The notes under the pieces are model-generated. The model saw nothing but the letters and a program-made list of their open reading frames with translations, ran no database searches and had not been told where the DNA came from. The position numbers and the translations under genes were made by a program. Positions 1 through 15,800 of a stretch of 64,000 bases of DNA are shown here, piece by piece (position 1 is the stretch's first letter; each line of letters opens with the position of its first letter). The stretch spans positions 374,728,001 through 374,792,000 of the forward strand of contig OZ024743.1 of assembly GCA_964016885.1 (NCBI GenBank), in the 5' to 3' direction. The DNA comes from Eledone cirrhosa (Eukaryota).

Positions 1-3000
1 ATAGTCAATTTACATCACATCTCTGTCCACAACAATAGACACTTCTACGTCATATTCAATATACATCACATCTCTGTCTACAACAATAGACACTGCTACG
101 TCATTGTCAATTTACATCACATCTCTGTCTACAACAATAGACACTGCTACGTCATAGTCAGTATACATCACATCTCTGTCTACAGCAATAGACACTGCTA
201 CGTCATAGTCAATTTACATCACATCTCTGTCCACAACAATAGACACTGCTACGTATAGTCAATATACATCACATCTCTGTCTACAGCAATAGACACTGCA
301 ACGTCATCGTCAATATACATCACATCTCTGTCTACAACAATAGACACTGCTACGTCATAGTCAATATACATCATATCTCTGTCCACAACAATAGACACTG
401 CTACGTCATAGTCAATTTACATCACATCTCTGTCCACAACAATAGACACTGCTACGTCATAGTCAATATACATCACATCTCTGTGTACAACAAAAGACAC
501 TGCTACCTCATAGTCAATATACATCACATCTCTGTCTACAATAGACACTGCTACGTCATAGTCAATATACATCATATCTCTGTCCACAAAAATAGACACT
601 GCTACGTCATAGTCAATTTACATCACATCTCTGTCCACAACAATAGACACTGCTACGTCATAGTCAATATACATCACATCTATGTCCACAACAATAGACA
701 CTGCTACGTCATAGTCAATATACATCACATCTCTATCTACAACAATAGACACTGCTACGTCATAGTCAATATACATCACATCTCTGTCTACAATAGACAC
801 TGCTACGTCATATTCAATATACATCACATCTTTGTCTACATCAATAGACACTGCTACGTCCTAGTCAATATACATCACATCTCTGTCTGTGTGTCTACAA
901 CAATAGACACGGCTACGTCATAGTCAATATACATCACATCTCTATCCACAACAATAGACACTGCTGCGTCATAGTCAATATACATCACATCTCTGTCCAC
1001 AACAATAGACACTGCTACGTCATAGTCAAATTTCATCACATCTCTCTCCACAACAATAGACACTGCTACGTCATAGTCAATATACATCACATCTATGTCC
1101 ACAACAATAGACACTGCTACGTCACAGTCAATATACATCACATCTCTGTCTACAACAATAGACACTGCTACGTCATAGTCAATTTACATCACATCTCTGT
1201 CCACAACAATAGACACTTCTACGTCATATTCAATATACATCACATCTCTGTCTACAACAATAGACACTGCTACGTCATAGTCAATTTACATCACATCTCT
1301 GTCTACAACAATAGACACTGCTACGTCATAGTCAATATACATCACATCTCTGTCCACAACAATAGACACTGCTACGTCATAGTCAATATACATCACATCT
1401 ATGTCCACAACAATAGACACTGCTACGTCACAGTCAATATACATCACATCTCTGTCTACAACAATAGACACTGCTACGTCATAGTCAATTTACATCACAT
1501 CTCTGTCCACAACAATAGACACTTCTACGTCATATTCAATATACATCACATCTCTGTCTACAACAATAGACACTTCTACGTCATAGTCAATTTACATCAC
1601 ATCTCTGTCTACAACAATAGGCACTGCTACGTCATAGTCAGTATACATCACATCTCTGTCTACAACAATAGACACTGCTACGTCATAGTCAATTTACATC
1701 ACATCTCTGTCCACAACAATAGACACTGCTACGTCATATTCAATATACATCACATCTCTGTCTACAACAATAGACACTGCTACGTCATAGTCAATTTACA
1801 TCACATCTCTGTCCACAACAATAGACACTGCTACGTATAGTCAATATACATCACATCTCTGTCCACAACAATAGACACTGCTACGTATAGTCAATATACA
1901 TCACTTCTCTGTCTACAGCAATAGACACTGCAACGTCATCGTCAATATACATCACATCTCTGTCTACAACAATAGACACTGCTACGTCATAGTCAATATA
2001 CATCATATCTCTGTCCACAACAATAGACACTGCTACGTCATAGTCAATTTACATCACATCTCTGTCCACAACAATAGACACTGCTACGTCATAGTCAATA
2101 TACATCACATCTCTGTCTACAACAAAAGACACTGCTACCTCATAGTCAATATACATCACATCTCTGTCTACAATAGACACTGCTACGTCATAGTCAATAT
2201 ACATCATATCTCTGTCCACAAAAATAGACACTGCTACGTCATAGTCAATTTACATCACATCTCTGTCCACAACAATAGACACTGCTACGTCATAGTCAAT
2301 ATACATCACATCTATGTCCACAACAATAGACACTGCTACGTCATAGTCAATATACATCACATCTCTATCTACAACAATAGACACTGCTACGTCATAGTCA
2401 ATATACATCACATCTCTGTCTACAATAGACACTGCTACGTCATATTCAATATACATCACATCTTTGTCTACATCAATAGACACTGCTACGTCCTAGTCAA
2501 TATACATCACATCTCTGTCTGTGTGTCTACAACAATAGACACGGCTACGTCATAGTCAATATACATCACATCTCTATCCACAACAATAGACACTGCTGCG
2601 TCATAGTCAATATACATCACATCTCTGTCCACAACAATAGACACTGATACGTCATAGTCAAATTTCATCACATCTCTCTCCACAACAATAGACACTGCTA
2701 CGTCATAGTCAATATACATCACATCTCTGTCCCCAACAATAGACACTGCTACGTCATAGTGAATATACATCACATCTCTGTCTACACCAATAGACACTGC
2801 TACGTCATAGTCAATATACATCACATCTATGTCCACAACAATAGACACTGCTACGTCACAGTCAATATACATCACATCTCTGTCTACAACAATAGACACT
2901 GCTACGTCATAGTCAATTTACATCACATCTCTGTCCACAACAATAGACACTTCTACGTCATATTCAATATACATCACATCTCTTCCTACAACAATAGACA

Positions 3001-6000
3001 CTGCTACGTCATAGTCAATTTACATCACATCTCTGTCTACAACAATAGACACTGCTACGTCATAGTCAATATACATCACATCTCTGTCCACAACAATAGA
3101 CACTGCTACGTCATAGTCAATATACATCACATCTATGTCCACAACAATAGACACTGCTACGTCACAGTCAATATACATCACATCTCTGTCTACAACAATA
3201 GACACTGCTACGTCATAGTCAATTTACATCACATCTCTGTCCACAACAATAGACACTTCTACGTCATATTCAATATACATCACATCTCTGTCTACAACAA
3301 TAGACACTGCTACGTCATAGTCAATTTACATCACATCTCTGTCTACAACAATAGACACTGCTACGTCATAGTCAGTATACATCACATCTCTGTCTACAAC
3401 AATAGACACTGCTACGTCATAGTCAATTTACATCACATCTCTGTCCACAACAATAGACACTGCTACGTCATATTCAATATACATCACATCTCTGTCTACA
3501 ACAATAGACACTGCTACGTCATAGTCAATTTACATCACATCTCTGTCCACAACAATAGACACTGCTACGTATAGTCAATATACATCACATCTATGTCTAC
3601 AGCAATAGACACTGCAACGTCATCGTCAATATACATCACATCTCTGTCTACAACAATAGACACTGCTACGTCATAGTCAATATACATCATATCTCTGTCC
3701 ACAACAATAGACACTGCTACGTCATAGTCAATTTACATCACATCTCTGTCCACAACAATAGACACTGCTACGTCATAGTCAATATATATCACATCTCTTT
3801 CTACAACAATAGACACTGCTACGTCATAGTCAATATACATCGCATCTCTGTCTACAACAATAGACACTGCTACGTCATAGTCAATATACATCACACCTCT
3901 GTCTACAACAATAGACACTGCTACGTCATAGTCAATATACATCACATCTCTGTCTACAACAATAGACACTGCTACGTCATAGTCAATATACATCACATCT
4001 CTGTCTACAACAATAGACACTGCTACATCATAGTGAATATACATCACATCTCTGTCTACACCAATAGACACTGCTACGTCATAGTCAATATACATCACAT
4101 CTCTGTCCATAACAAAAGACACTGCAACGTCATCGTCAATATACATCACATCTCTGTCTACAACAATAGACACTGCTATGTCATAGTCAATATACATCAC
4201 ATCTCTGTCCACAACAATAGACACTGCTACGTCATAGTCAGTATACATCACATCTCTGTCTACAGCAATAGACACTGCTACGTCATAGTCAATTTACATC
4301 ACATCTCTGTCCACAACAATAGACACTGCTACGTATAGTCAATATACATCACATCTCTGTCTACAGCAATAGACACTGCAACGTCATCGTCAATATACAT
4401 CACATCTCTGTCTACAACAATAGACACTGCTACGTCATAGTCAATATACATCATATCTCTGTCCACAACAATAGACACTGCTACGTCATAGTCAATTTAC
4501 ATCACATCTCTGTCCACAACAATAGACACTGCTACGTCATAGTCAATATACATCACATCTCTGTGTACAACAAAAGACACTGCTACCTCATAGTCAATAT
4601 ACATCACATCTCTGTCTACAATAGACACTGCTACGTCATAGTCAATATACATCATATCTCTGTCCACAAAAATAGACACTGCTACGTCATAGTCAATTTA
4701 CATCACATCTCTGTCCACAACAATAGACACTGCTACGTCATAGTCAATATACATCACATCTATGTCCACAACAATAGACACTGCTACGTCATAGTCAATA
4801 TACATCACATCTCTATCTACAACAATAGACACTGCTACGTCATAGTCAATATACATCACATCTCTGTCTACAATAGACACTGCTACGTCATATTCAATAT
4901 ACATCACATCTTTGTCTACATCAATAGACACTGCTACGTCCTAGTCAATATACATCACATCTCTGTCTGTGTGTCTACAACAATAGACACGGCTACGTCA
5001 TAGTCAATATACATCACATCTCTATCCACAACAATAGACACTGCTGCGTCATAGTCAATATACATCACATCTCTGTCCACAACAATAGACACTGCTACGT
5101 CATAGTCAAATTTCATCACATCTCTCTCCACAACAATAGACACTGCTACGTCATAGTCAATATACATCACATCTATGTCCACAACAATAGACACTGCTAC
5201 GTCACAGTCAATATACATCACATCTCTGTCTACAACAATAGACACTGCTACGTCATAGTCAATTTACATCACATCTCTGTCCACAACAATAGACACTTCT
5301 ACGTCATATTCAATATACATCACATCTCTGTCTACAACAATAGACACTGCTACGTCATAGTCAATTTACATCACATCTCTGTCTACAACAATAGACACTG
5401 CTACGTCATAGTCAATATACATCACATCTCTGTCCACAACAATAGACACTGCTACGTCATAGTCAATATACATCACATCTATGTCCACAACAATAGACAC
5501 TGCTACGTCACAGTCAATATACATCACATCTCTGTCTACAACAATAGACACTGCTACGTCATAGTCAATTTACATCACATCTCTGTCCACAACAATAGAC
5601 ACTTCTACGTCATATTCAATATACATCACATCTCTGTCTACAACAATAGACACTTCTACGTCATAGTCAATTTACATCACATCTCTGTCTACAACAATAG
5701 GCACTGCTACGTCATAGTCAGTATACATCACATCTCTGTCTACAACAATAGACACTGCTACGTCATAGTCAATTTACATCACATCTCTGTCCACAACAAT
5801 AGACACTGCTACGTCATATTCAATATACATCACATCTCTGTCTACAACAATAGACACTGCTACGTCATAGTCAATTTACATCACATCTCTGTCCACAACA
5901 ATAGACACTGCTACGTATAGTCAATATACATCACATCTCTGTCCACAACAATAGACACTGCTACGTATAGTCAATATACATCACTTCTCTGTCTACAGCA

Positions 6001-8300
6001 ATAGACACTGCAACGTCATCGTCAATATACATCACATCTCTGTCTACAACAATAGACACTGCTACGTCATAGTCAATATACATCATATCTCTGTCCACAA
6101 CAATAGACACTGCTACGTCATAGTCAATTTACATCACATCTCTGTCCACAACAATAGACACTGCTACGTCATAGTCAATATACATCACATCTCTGTCTAC
6201 AACAAAAGACACTGCTACCTCATAGTCAATATACATCACATCTCTGTCTACAATAGACACTGCTACGTCATAGTCAATATACATCATATCTCTGTCCACA
6301 AAAATAGACACTGCTACGTCATAGTCAATTTACATCACATCTCTGTCCACAACAATAGACACTGCTACGTCATAGTCAATATACATCACATCTATGTCCA
6401 CAACAATAGACACTGCTACGTCATAGTCAATATACATCACATCTCTATCTACAACAATAGACACTGCTACGTCATAGTCAATATACATCACATCTCTGTC
6501 TACAATAGACACTGCTACGTCATATTCAATATACATCACATCTTTGTCTACATCAATAGACACTGCTACGTCCTAGTCAATATACATCACATCTCTGTCT
6601 GTGTGTCTACAACAATAGACACGGCTACGTCATAGTCAATATACATCACATCTCTATCCACAACAATAGACACTGCTGCGTCATAGTCAATATACATCAC
6701 ATCTCTGTCCACAACAATAGACACTGATACGTCATAGTCAAATTTCATCACATCTCTCTCCACAACAATAGACACTGCTACGTCATAGTCAATATACATC
6801 ACATCTCTGTCCCCAACAATAGACACTGCTACGTCATAGTGAATATACATCACATCTCTGTCTACACCAATAGACACTGCTACGTCATAGTCAATATACA
6901 TCACATCTATGTCCACAACAATAGACACTGCTACGTCACAGTCAATATACATCACATCTCTGTCTACAACAATAGACACTGCTACGTCATAGTCAATTTA
7001 CATCACATCTCTGTCCACAACAATAGACACTTCTACGTCATATTCAATATACATCACATCTCTTCCTACAACAATAGACACTGCTACGTCATAGTCAATT
7101 TACATCACATCTCTGTCTACAACAATAGACACTGCTACGTCATAGTCAATATACATCACATCTCTGTCCACAACAATAGACACTGCTACGTCATAGTCAA
7201 TATACATCACATCTATGTCCACAACAATAGACACTGCTACGTCACAGTCAATATACATCACATCTCTGTCTACAACAATAGACACTGCTACGTCATAGTC
7301 AATTTACATCACATCTCTGTCCACAACAATAGACACTTCTACGTCATATTCAATATACATCACATCTCTGTCTACAACAATAGACACTGCTACGTCATAG
7401 TCAATTTACATCACATCTCTGTCTACAACAATAGACACTGCTACGTCATAGTCAGTATACATCACATCTCTGTCTACAACAATAGACACTGCTACGTCAT
7501 AGTCAATTTACATCACATCTCTGTCCACAACAATAGACACTGCTACGTCATATTCAATATACATCACATCTCTGTCTACAACAATAGACACTGCTACGTC
7601 ATAGTCAATTTACATCACATCTCTGTCCACAACAATAGACACTGCTACGTATAGTCAATATACATCACATCTATGTCTACAGCAATAGACACTGCAACGT
7701 CATCGTCAATATACATCACATCTCTGTCTACAACAATAGACACTGCTACGTCATAGTCAATATACATCATATCTCTGTCCACAACAATAGACACTGCTAC
7801 GTCATAGTCAATTTACATCACATCTCTGTCCACAACAATAGACACTGCTACGTCATAGTCAATATATATCACATCTCTTTCTACAACAATAGACACTGCT
7901 ACGTCATAGTCAATATACATCGCATCTCTGTCTACAACAATAGACACTGCTACGTCATAGTCAATATACATCACACCTCTGTCTACAACAATAGACACTG
8001 CTACGTCATAGTCAATATACATCACATCTCTGTCTACAACAATAGACACTGCTACGTCATAGTCAATATACATCACATCTCTGTCTACAACAATAGACAC
8101 TGCTACATCATAGTGAATATACATCACATCTCTGTCTACACCAATAGACACTGCTACGTCATAGTCAATATACATCACATCTCTGTCCATAACAAAAGAC
8201 ACTGCAACGTCATCGTCAATATACATCACATCTCTGTCTACAACAATAGACACTGCTATGTCATAGTCAATATACATCACATCTCTGTCCACAACAATAG
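1..8300. repeat. Higher-order repeat domain, 4080-bp unit (80 monomers) in about 2 copies, with an internal 1632-bp sub-repeat
   Basis: Identical variant patterns recur at a 4080-bp offset (e.g. 417/4497, 2759/6839, 4033/8113; the rare variant CTGTGTACAACAAAAG at 481 and 4561). A sub-period of 1632 is seen at 417/2049. Confidence 0.92.
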
Positions 8301-9899
8301 ACACTGCTACGTCATAGTCAATTTACATCACATCTCTGTCCACAACAATAGACACTGCTACGTCATATTCAATATACATCACATCTCTGTCTACAACAAT
8401 AGACACTGCTATCTCATAGTCAACATACATCACATCTCTGTCAACAACAATAGACACTGCTACGTCATAGTCAATATACATCACATCTCTGTCTACAACA
8501 ATAGACACTGCTACGTCATAGTCAATATACATCACATCTCTGTCTACAATAGACACTGCTACGTCATAGTCAATATACATCACATCTCTGTCTACAACAA
8601 TAGACACTGCTACGTCATAGTCAATTTACATCACATCTCTGTCTACAACAATAGACACTGCTACGTCATAGTCAGTATACATAACATCTCTGTCTACAAC
8701 AATAGACACTGCTACGTCATAGTCAATATACATCACATCTCTGTCTACAACAATAGACACTGCTACGTCATAGTCAATATACATCACATCTCTGTCTACA
8801 ACAATAGACACTGCTACGTCATAGTCAATTTACATCACATCTTTCTCTACAACAATAGACACTGCTACGTCATAGTCAATATACATTACATCTCTGTCTA
8901 CAATAGACACTGCTACGTCATAGTCAAGATACATCATATCTCTGTCCACAACAATAGACACTGCTACGTCATAGTCAATTTACATCACATCTCTGTCCAC
9001 AACAATAGACACTGCTACGTCATAGTAAATATACATCACATCTCTGTCTACAACAAAAGACACTGCTACATCATAGTCAATATACATCACATCTCTGTCT
9101 ACAATAGACACTGCTACGTCATAGTCAATATACATCATATCTCTGTCCACAACAATAGACACTGCTACGTCATAGTCAATATACATCACATCTCTATCTA
9201 CAACAATAGACACTGCTACGTCATAGTCAATATACATCACATCTCTGTCTACAATAGACACTGCTACGTCATATTCAATATACATCACATCTTTGTCTAC
9301 AGCAATAGACACTGCTACATCCTAGTCAATATACATCACATCTCTGTCTGTGTGTCTACAACAATAGACACGGCTACGTCATAGTCAATATACATCACAT
9401 CTCTATCCACAACAATAGACACTGCTGCGTCATAGTCAATATACATCACATCTCTGTCCACAACAATAGACACTGCTACGTCATAGTCAAATTTCATCAC
9501 ATCTCTCTCCACAACAATAGACACTGCTACGTCATAGTCAATATACATCACATCTCTGTCCACAACAATAGACACTGCTACGTCATAGTCAATATACATC
9601 ACATCTCTGCCACAACAATAGACACTGTTACGTCATAGTCAATTTGCATCACATCTCTGTCTACAACAGACACTGCTACGTCATAGTCAATTTACATCAC
9701 ATTTCTGTCCACAACAATAGACACTGCTACGTCATAGTCAATATACATCACATCTCTGTCCACAACAATAGACACTGCTACGTCATAGTCAATTTACATC
9801 ACATCTCTGTCCACAACAATAGACACTGCTACGTCATATTCAATATACATCACAACTCTGTCTACAACAATAGACACTGCTACGTCATAGTCAATATAC

Positions 9900-12800
9900 A
9901 TCGCATCTCTGTCTGTGTGTCTACAACAATAGACACTGCTACGTCATAGTCAATATACATCACATCTCTGTCCACAACAATAGACACTGCTGCGTCATAG
10001 TCAATATACATCACATCTCTGTCCACAACAATAGACACTGCTACGTCAGAGTCAATATACATCACATCTCTGTCCACAACAATAGACACTGCTACGTCAT
10101 AGTCAATATACATCACATCTCTGTCCACAAAAATAGACACTGCTACGTCATAGTCAATATACATCACATCTCTGTCCACAACAATAGACACTGCTACGTC
10201 ATAGTCAATTTGCATCACATCTCTGTCCACAACAATAGATACTGCTACGTCATAGTCAACATACATCACATCTCTGTCTACAACAATAGACACTGCTACG
10301 TCATAGTCAATATACATCATATCTCTGTCCACAACAATAGACACTGCTACGTCATAGTCAATTTACATCACATCTCTGTCCACAACAATAGACACTGCTA
10401 CGTCATAGTCAATATAAATCACATCTCTGTCTACAACTATAGACACTGCTACGTCATAGTCAATATACATCACATCTCTGTCCACAACAATAGACACTGC
10501 TACGTCATAGTCAATATACATCACATCTCTGACTACAACAATAGACACTGCTACGTCATAGTCAATATACATCACATCTCTGTCCACAACAATAGACACT
10601 GCTACGTCATAGTCAATTTACATCACATCTCTGTCCACAACAATAGACACTGCTACGTCATAGTCAATATACATCACATCTCTGTCTACAACAATAGACA
10701 CTGCTACGTCATAGTCAATATACATCACATCTCTGTCTACAACAATAGACACTGCTACGTCATAGTCAGTATACATCACATCTCTGTCTACAACAATAGA
10801 CACTGCTACGTCATAGTCAATTTACATCACATCTCTGTCCACAACAATAGACACTGCTACGTCATAGTGAATATACATCACATCTCTGTCTACAACAATA
10901 GACACTGCTACGTATAGTCAATATACATCACATCCCTGTCTACAACAATAGACACTGCTACGTCATAGTCAATATACATCACATCTCTGTCCACAACAAT
11001 AGACACTGCTACGTCATAGTCAATATACATCACATCTCTGTCCACAACAATAGACACTGCTACAACATAGTGAATATACATCACATCTCTGTCTACACCA
11101 ATAGACACTGCTACGTCATAGTCAATATACATCACATCTCTGTCCATAACAATAGACACTGCAACGTCATCGTCAATATACATCACATCTCTGTCTACAA
11201 CAATAGACACTGCTACGTCATAGTCAATATACATCACATCTCTGTCTACAATAGACACTGCTACGTCATATTCAATATACATCATATCTCTGTCCACAAC
11301 AATAGACACTGCTACGTCATAGTCAATTTACATCACATCTCTGTCCACAACAATAGACACTGCTACGTCATAGTCAATATACATCACATCTATGTCCACA
11401 ACAATAGACACTGCTACGTCATAGTCAATATACATCACATCTCTATCTACAACAATAGACACTGCTACGTCATAGTCAATATACATCACATCTCTGTCTA
11501 CAATAGACACTGCTACGTCATATTCAATATACATCACATCTTTATCTACAACAATAGACACTGCTACGTCATAGTCAATATACATCACATCTCTGTCTGT
11601 GTGTCTACAACAATAGACACTGCTACGTCATAGTCAATATACATCACATCTCTGTCCACAACAATAGACACTGCTACGTCATAGTCAAATTTCATCACAT
11701 CTCTCTCCAGAACAATAGACACTGCTACGTCATAGTCAATATACATCACATCTCTGTCCACAACAATAGACAATGCTACGTCATATTCAATATGCATCAC
11801 ATCTCTGTCTACAACAATAGACACTGCTACGTCATAGTCAATATACATCACATCTCTGTCCACAACAATAGACACTGCTACGTCATAGTCAATTTGCAAC
11901 ACATCTCTGTCTACAACAGACACTGCTACGTCATAGTCAATATACATCACATCTCTGTCTACAACAATAGACACTGCTACGTCATAGTCAATTTACATCA
12001 CATCTCTGTCCACAACAATAGACACTGCTACGTCATAGTCAATATATATCACATCTTTGTCTACAACAATAGACACTGCTACGTCATAGTCAATATACAT
12101 CACATCTCTGTCCATAACAATAGACACTGCTACGTCATAGTCAATTTACATCACATCTCTGTCCACAACAATAGACACTGCTACGTCATATTCAATATAC
12201 ATCACAACTCTGTCTACAACAATAGACACTGCTACGTCATAGTCAATATACATCGCATCTCTGTCTGTGTGTCTACAACAATAGACACTGCTACGTCATA
12301 GTCAATATACATCACATCTTTGTCTACAGCAATAGACACTGCTACATCCTAGTCAATATACATCACATCTCTGTCTGTGTGTCTACAACAATAGACACGG
12401 CTACGTCATAGTCAATATACATCACATCTCTATCCACAACAATAGACACTGCTGCGTCATAGTCAATATACATCACATCTCTGTCCACAACAATAGACAC
12501 TGCTACGTCATAGTCAAATTTCATCACATCTCTCTCCACAACAATAGACACTGCTACGTCATAGTCAATATACATCACATCTCTGTCCACAACAATAGAC
12601 ACTGTTACGTCATAGTCAATTTGCATCACATCTCTGTCTACAACAGACACTGCTACGTCATAGTCAATTTACATCACATTTCTGTCCACAACAATAGACA
12701 CTGCTACGTCATAGTCAATATACATCACATCTTTGTCTACAACAATAGACACTGCTACGTCATAGTCAATATACATCACATCTCTGTCCACAACAATAGA

Positions 12801-15800
12801 CACTGCTACGTCATAGTCAATTTACATCACATCTCTGTCCACAACAATAGACACTGCTACGTCATATTCAATATACATCACAACTCTGTCTACAACAATA
12901 GACACTGCTACGTCATAGTCAATATACATCGCATCTCTGTCTGTGTGTCTACAACAATAGACACTGCTACGTCATAGTCAATATACATCACATCTCTGTC
13001 CACAACAATAGACACTGCTGCGTCATAGTCAATATACATCACATCTCTGTCCACAACAATAGACACTGCTACGTCATAGTCAATATACATCACATCTCTG
13101 TCCACAACAATAGACACTGCTACGTCATAGTCAATATACATCACATCTCTGTCCACAACAATAGACACTGCTACGTCATAGTCAATTTGCATCACATCTC
13201 TGTCCACAACAATAGATACTGCTACGTCATAGTCAACATACATCACATCTCTGTCTACAACAATAGACACTGCTACGTCATAGTCAATATACATCATATC
13301 TCTGTCCACAACAATAGACACTGCTACGTCATAGTCAATTTACATCACATCTCTGTCCACAACAATAGACACTGCTACGTCATAGTCAATATAAATCACA
13401 TCTCTGTCAACAACTATAGACACTGCTACGTCATAGTCAATATACATCACATCTCTGTCCACAACAATAGACACTGCTACGTCATAGTCAATATACATCA
13501 CATCTCTGACTACAACAATAGACACTGCTACGTCATAGTCAATATACATCACATCTCTGTCCACAACAATAGACACTGCTACGTCATAGTCAATTTACAT
13601 CACATCTCTGTCCACAACAATAGACACTGCTACGTCATAGTCAATATACATCACATCTCTGTCTACAACAATAGACACTGCTACGTCATAGTCAATATAC
13701 ATCACATCTCTGTCTACAACAATAGACACTGCTACGTCATAGTCAGTATACATCACATCTCTGTCTACAACAATAGACACTGCTACGTCATAGTCAATTT
13801 ACATCACATCTCTGTCCACAACAATAGACACTGCTACGTCATATTCAATATACATCACATCTCTGTCTACAACAATAGAAACTGCTACGTATAGTCAATA
13901 TACATCACATCTCTGTCTACAACAATAGACACTGCTACGTCATAGTCAATATACATCACATCTCTGTCCACAACAATAGACACTGCTACGTCATAGTCAA
14001 TATACATCACATCTCTGTCCACAACAATAGACACTGCTACAACATAGTGAATATACATCACATCTCTGTCTACACCAATAGACACTGCTACGTCATAGTC
14101 AATATACATCACATCTCTGTCCATAACAATAGACACTGCAACGTCATCGTCAATATACATCACATCTCTGTCTACAATAGACACTGCTACGTCATATTCA
14201 ATATACATCATATCTCTGTCCACAACAATAGACACTGCTACGTCATAGTCAATTTACATCACATCTCTGTCCACAACAATAGACACTGCTACGTCATAGT
14301 CAATATACATCACATCTATGTCCAGAACAATAGACACTGCTACGTCATAGTCAATATACATCACATCTCTATCTACAACAATAGACACTGCTACGTCATA
14401 GTCAATATACATCACATCTCTGTCTACAATAGACACTGCTACGTCATATTCAATATACATCACATCTTTATCTACAACAATAGACACTGCTACGTCATAG
14501 TCAATATACATCACATCTCTGTCTGTGTGTCTACAACAATAGACACTGCTACGTCATAGTCAATATACATCACATCTCTGTCCACAACAATAGACACTGC
14601 TACGTCATAGTCAAATTTCATCACATCTCTCTCCAGAACAATAGACACTGCTACGTCATAGTCAATATACATCACATCTCTGTCCACAACAATAGACAAT
14701 GCTACGTCATAGTCAATATACATCACATCTCTGTCTACAACAATAGACACTGCTACGTCATAGTCAATATACATCACATCTCTGTCCACAACAATAGACA
14801 CTGCTACGTCATAGTCAATTTGCAACACATCTCTGTCTACAACAGACACTGCTACGTCATAGTCAATATACATCACATCTCTGTCTACAACAATAGACAC
14901 TGCTACGTCATAGTCAATTTACATCACATCTCTGTCCACAACAATAGACACTGCTACGTCATAGTCAATATATATCACATCTTTGTCTACAACAATAGAC
15001 ACTGCTACGTCATAGTCAATATACATCACATCTCTGTCCATAACAATAGACACTGCTACGTCATAGTCAATTTACATCACATCTCTGTCCACAACAATAG
15101 ACACTGCTACGTCATATTCAATATACATCACAACTCTGTCTACAACAATAGACACTGCTACGTCATAGTCAATATACATCGCATCTCTGTCTGTGTGTCT
15201 ACAACAATAGACACTGCTACGTCATAGTCAATATACATCACATCTTTGTCTACAGCAATAGACACTGCTACATCCTAGTCAATATACATCACATCTCTGT
15301 CTGTGTGTCTACAACAATAGACACGGCTACGTCATAGTCAATATACATCACATCTCTATCCACAACAATAGACACTGCTGCGTCATAGTCAATATACATC
15401 ACATCTCTGTCCACAACAATAGACACTGCTACGTCATAGTCAAATTTCATCACATCTCTCTCCACAACAATAGACACTGCTACGTCATAGTCAATATACA
15501 TCACATCTCTGTCCACAACAATAGACACTGTTACGTCATAGTCAATTTGCATCACATCTCTGTCGACAACAGACACTGCTACGTCATAGTCAATTTACAT
15601 CACATTTCTGTCCACAACAATAGACACTGCTACGTCATAGTCAATATACATCACATCTTTGTCTACAACAATAGACACTGCTACGTCATAGTCAATATAC
15701 ATCACATCTCTGTCCACAACAATAGACACTGCTACGTCATAGTCAATTTACATCACATCTCTGTCCACAACAATAGACACTGCTACGTCATATTCAATAT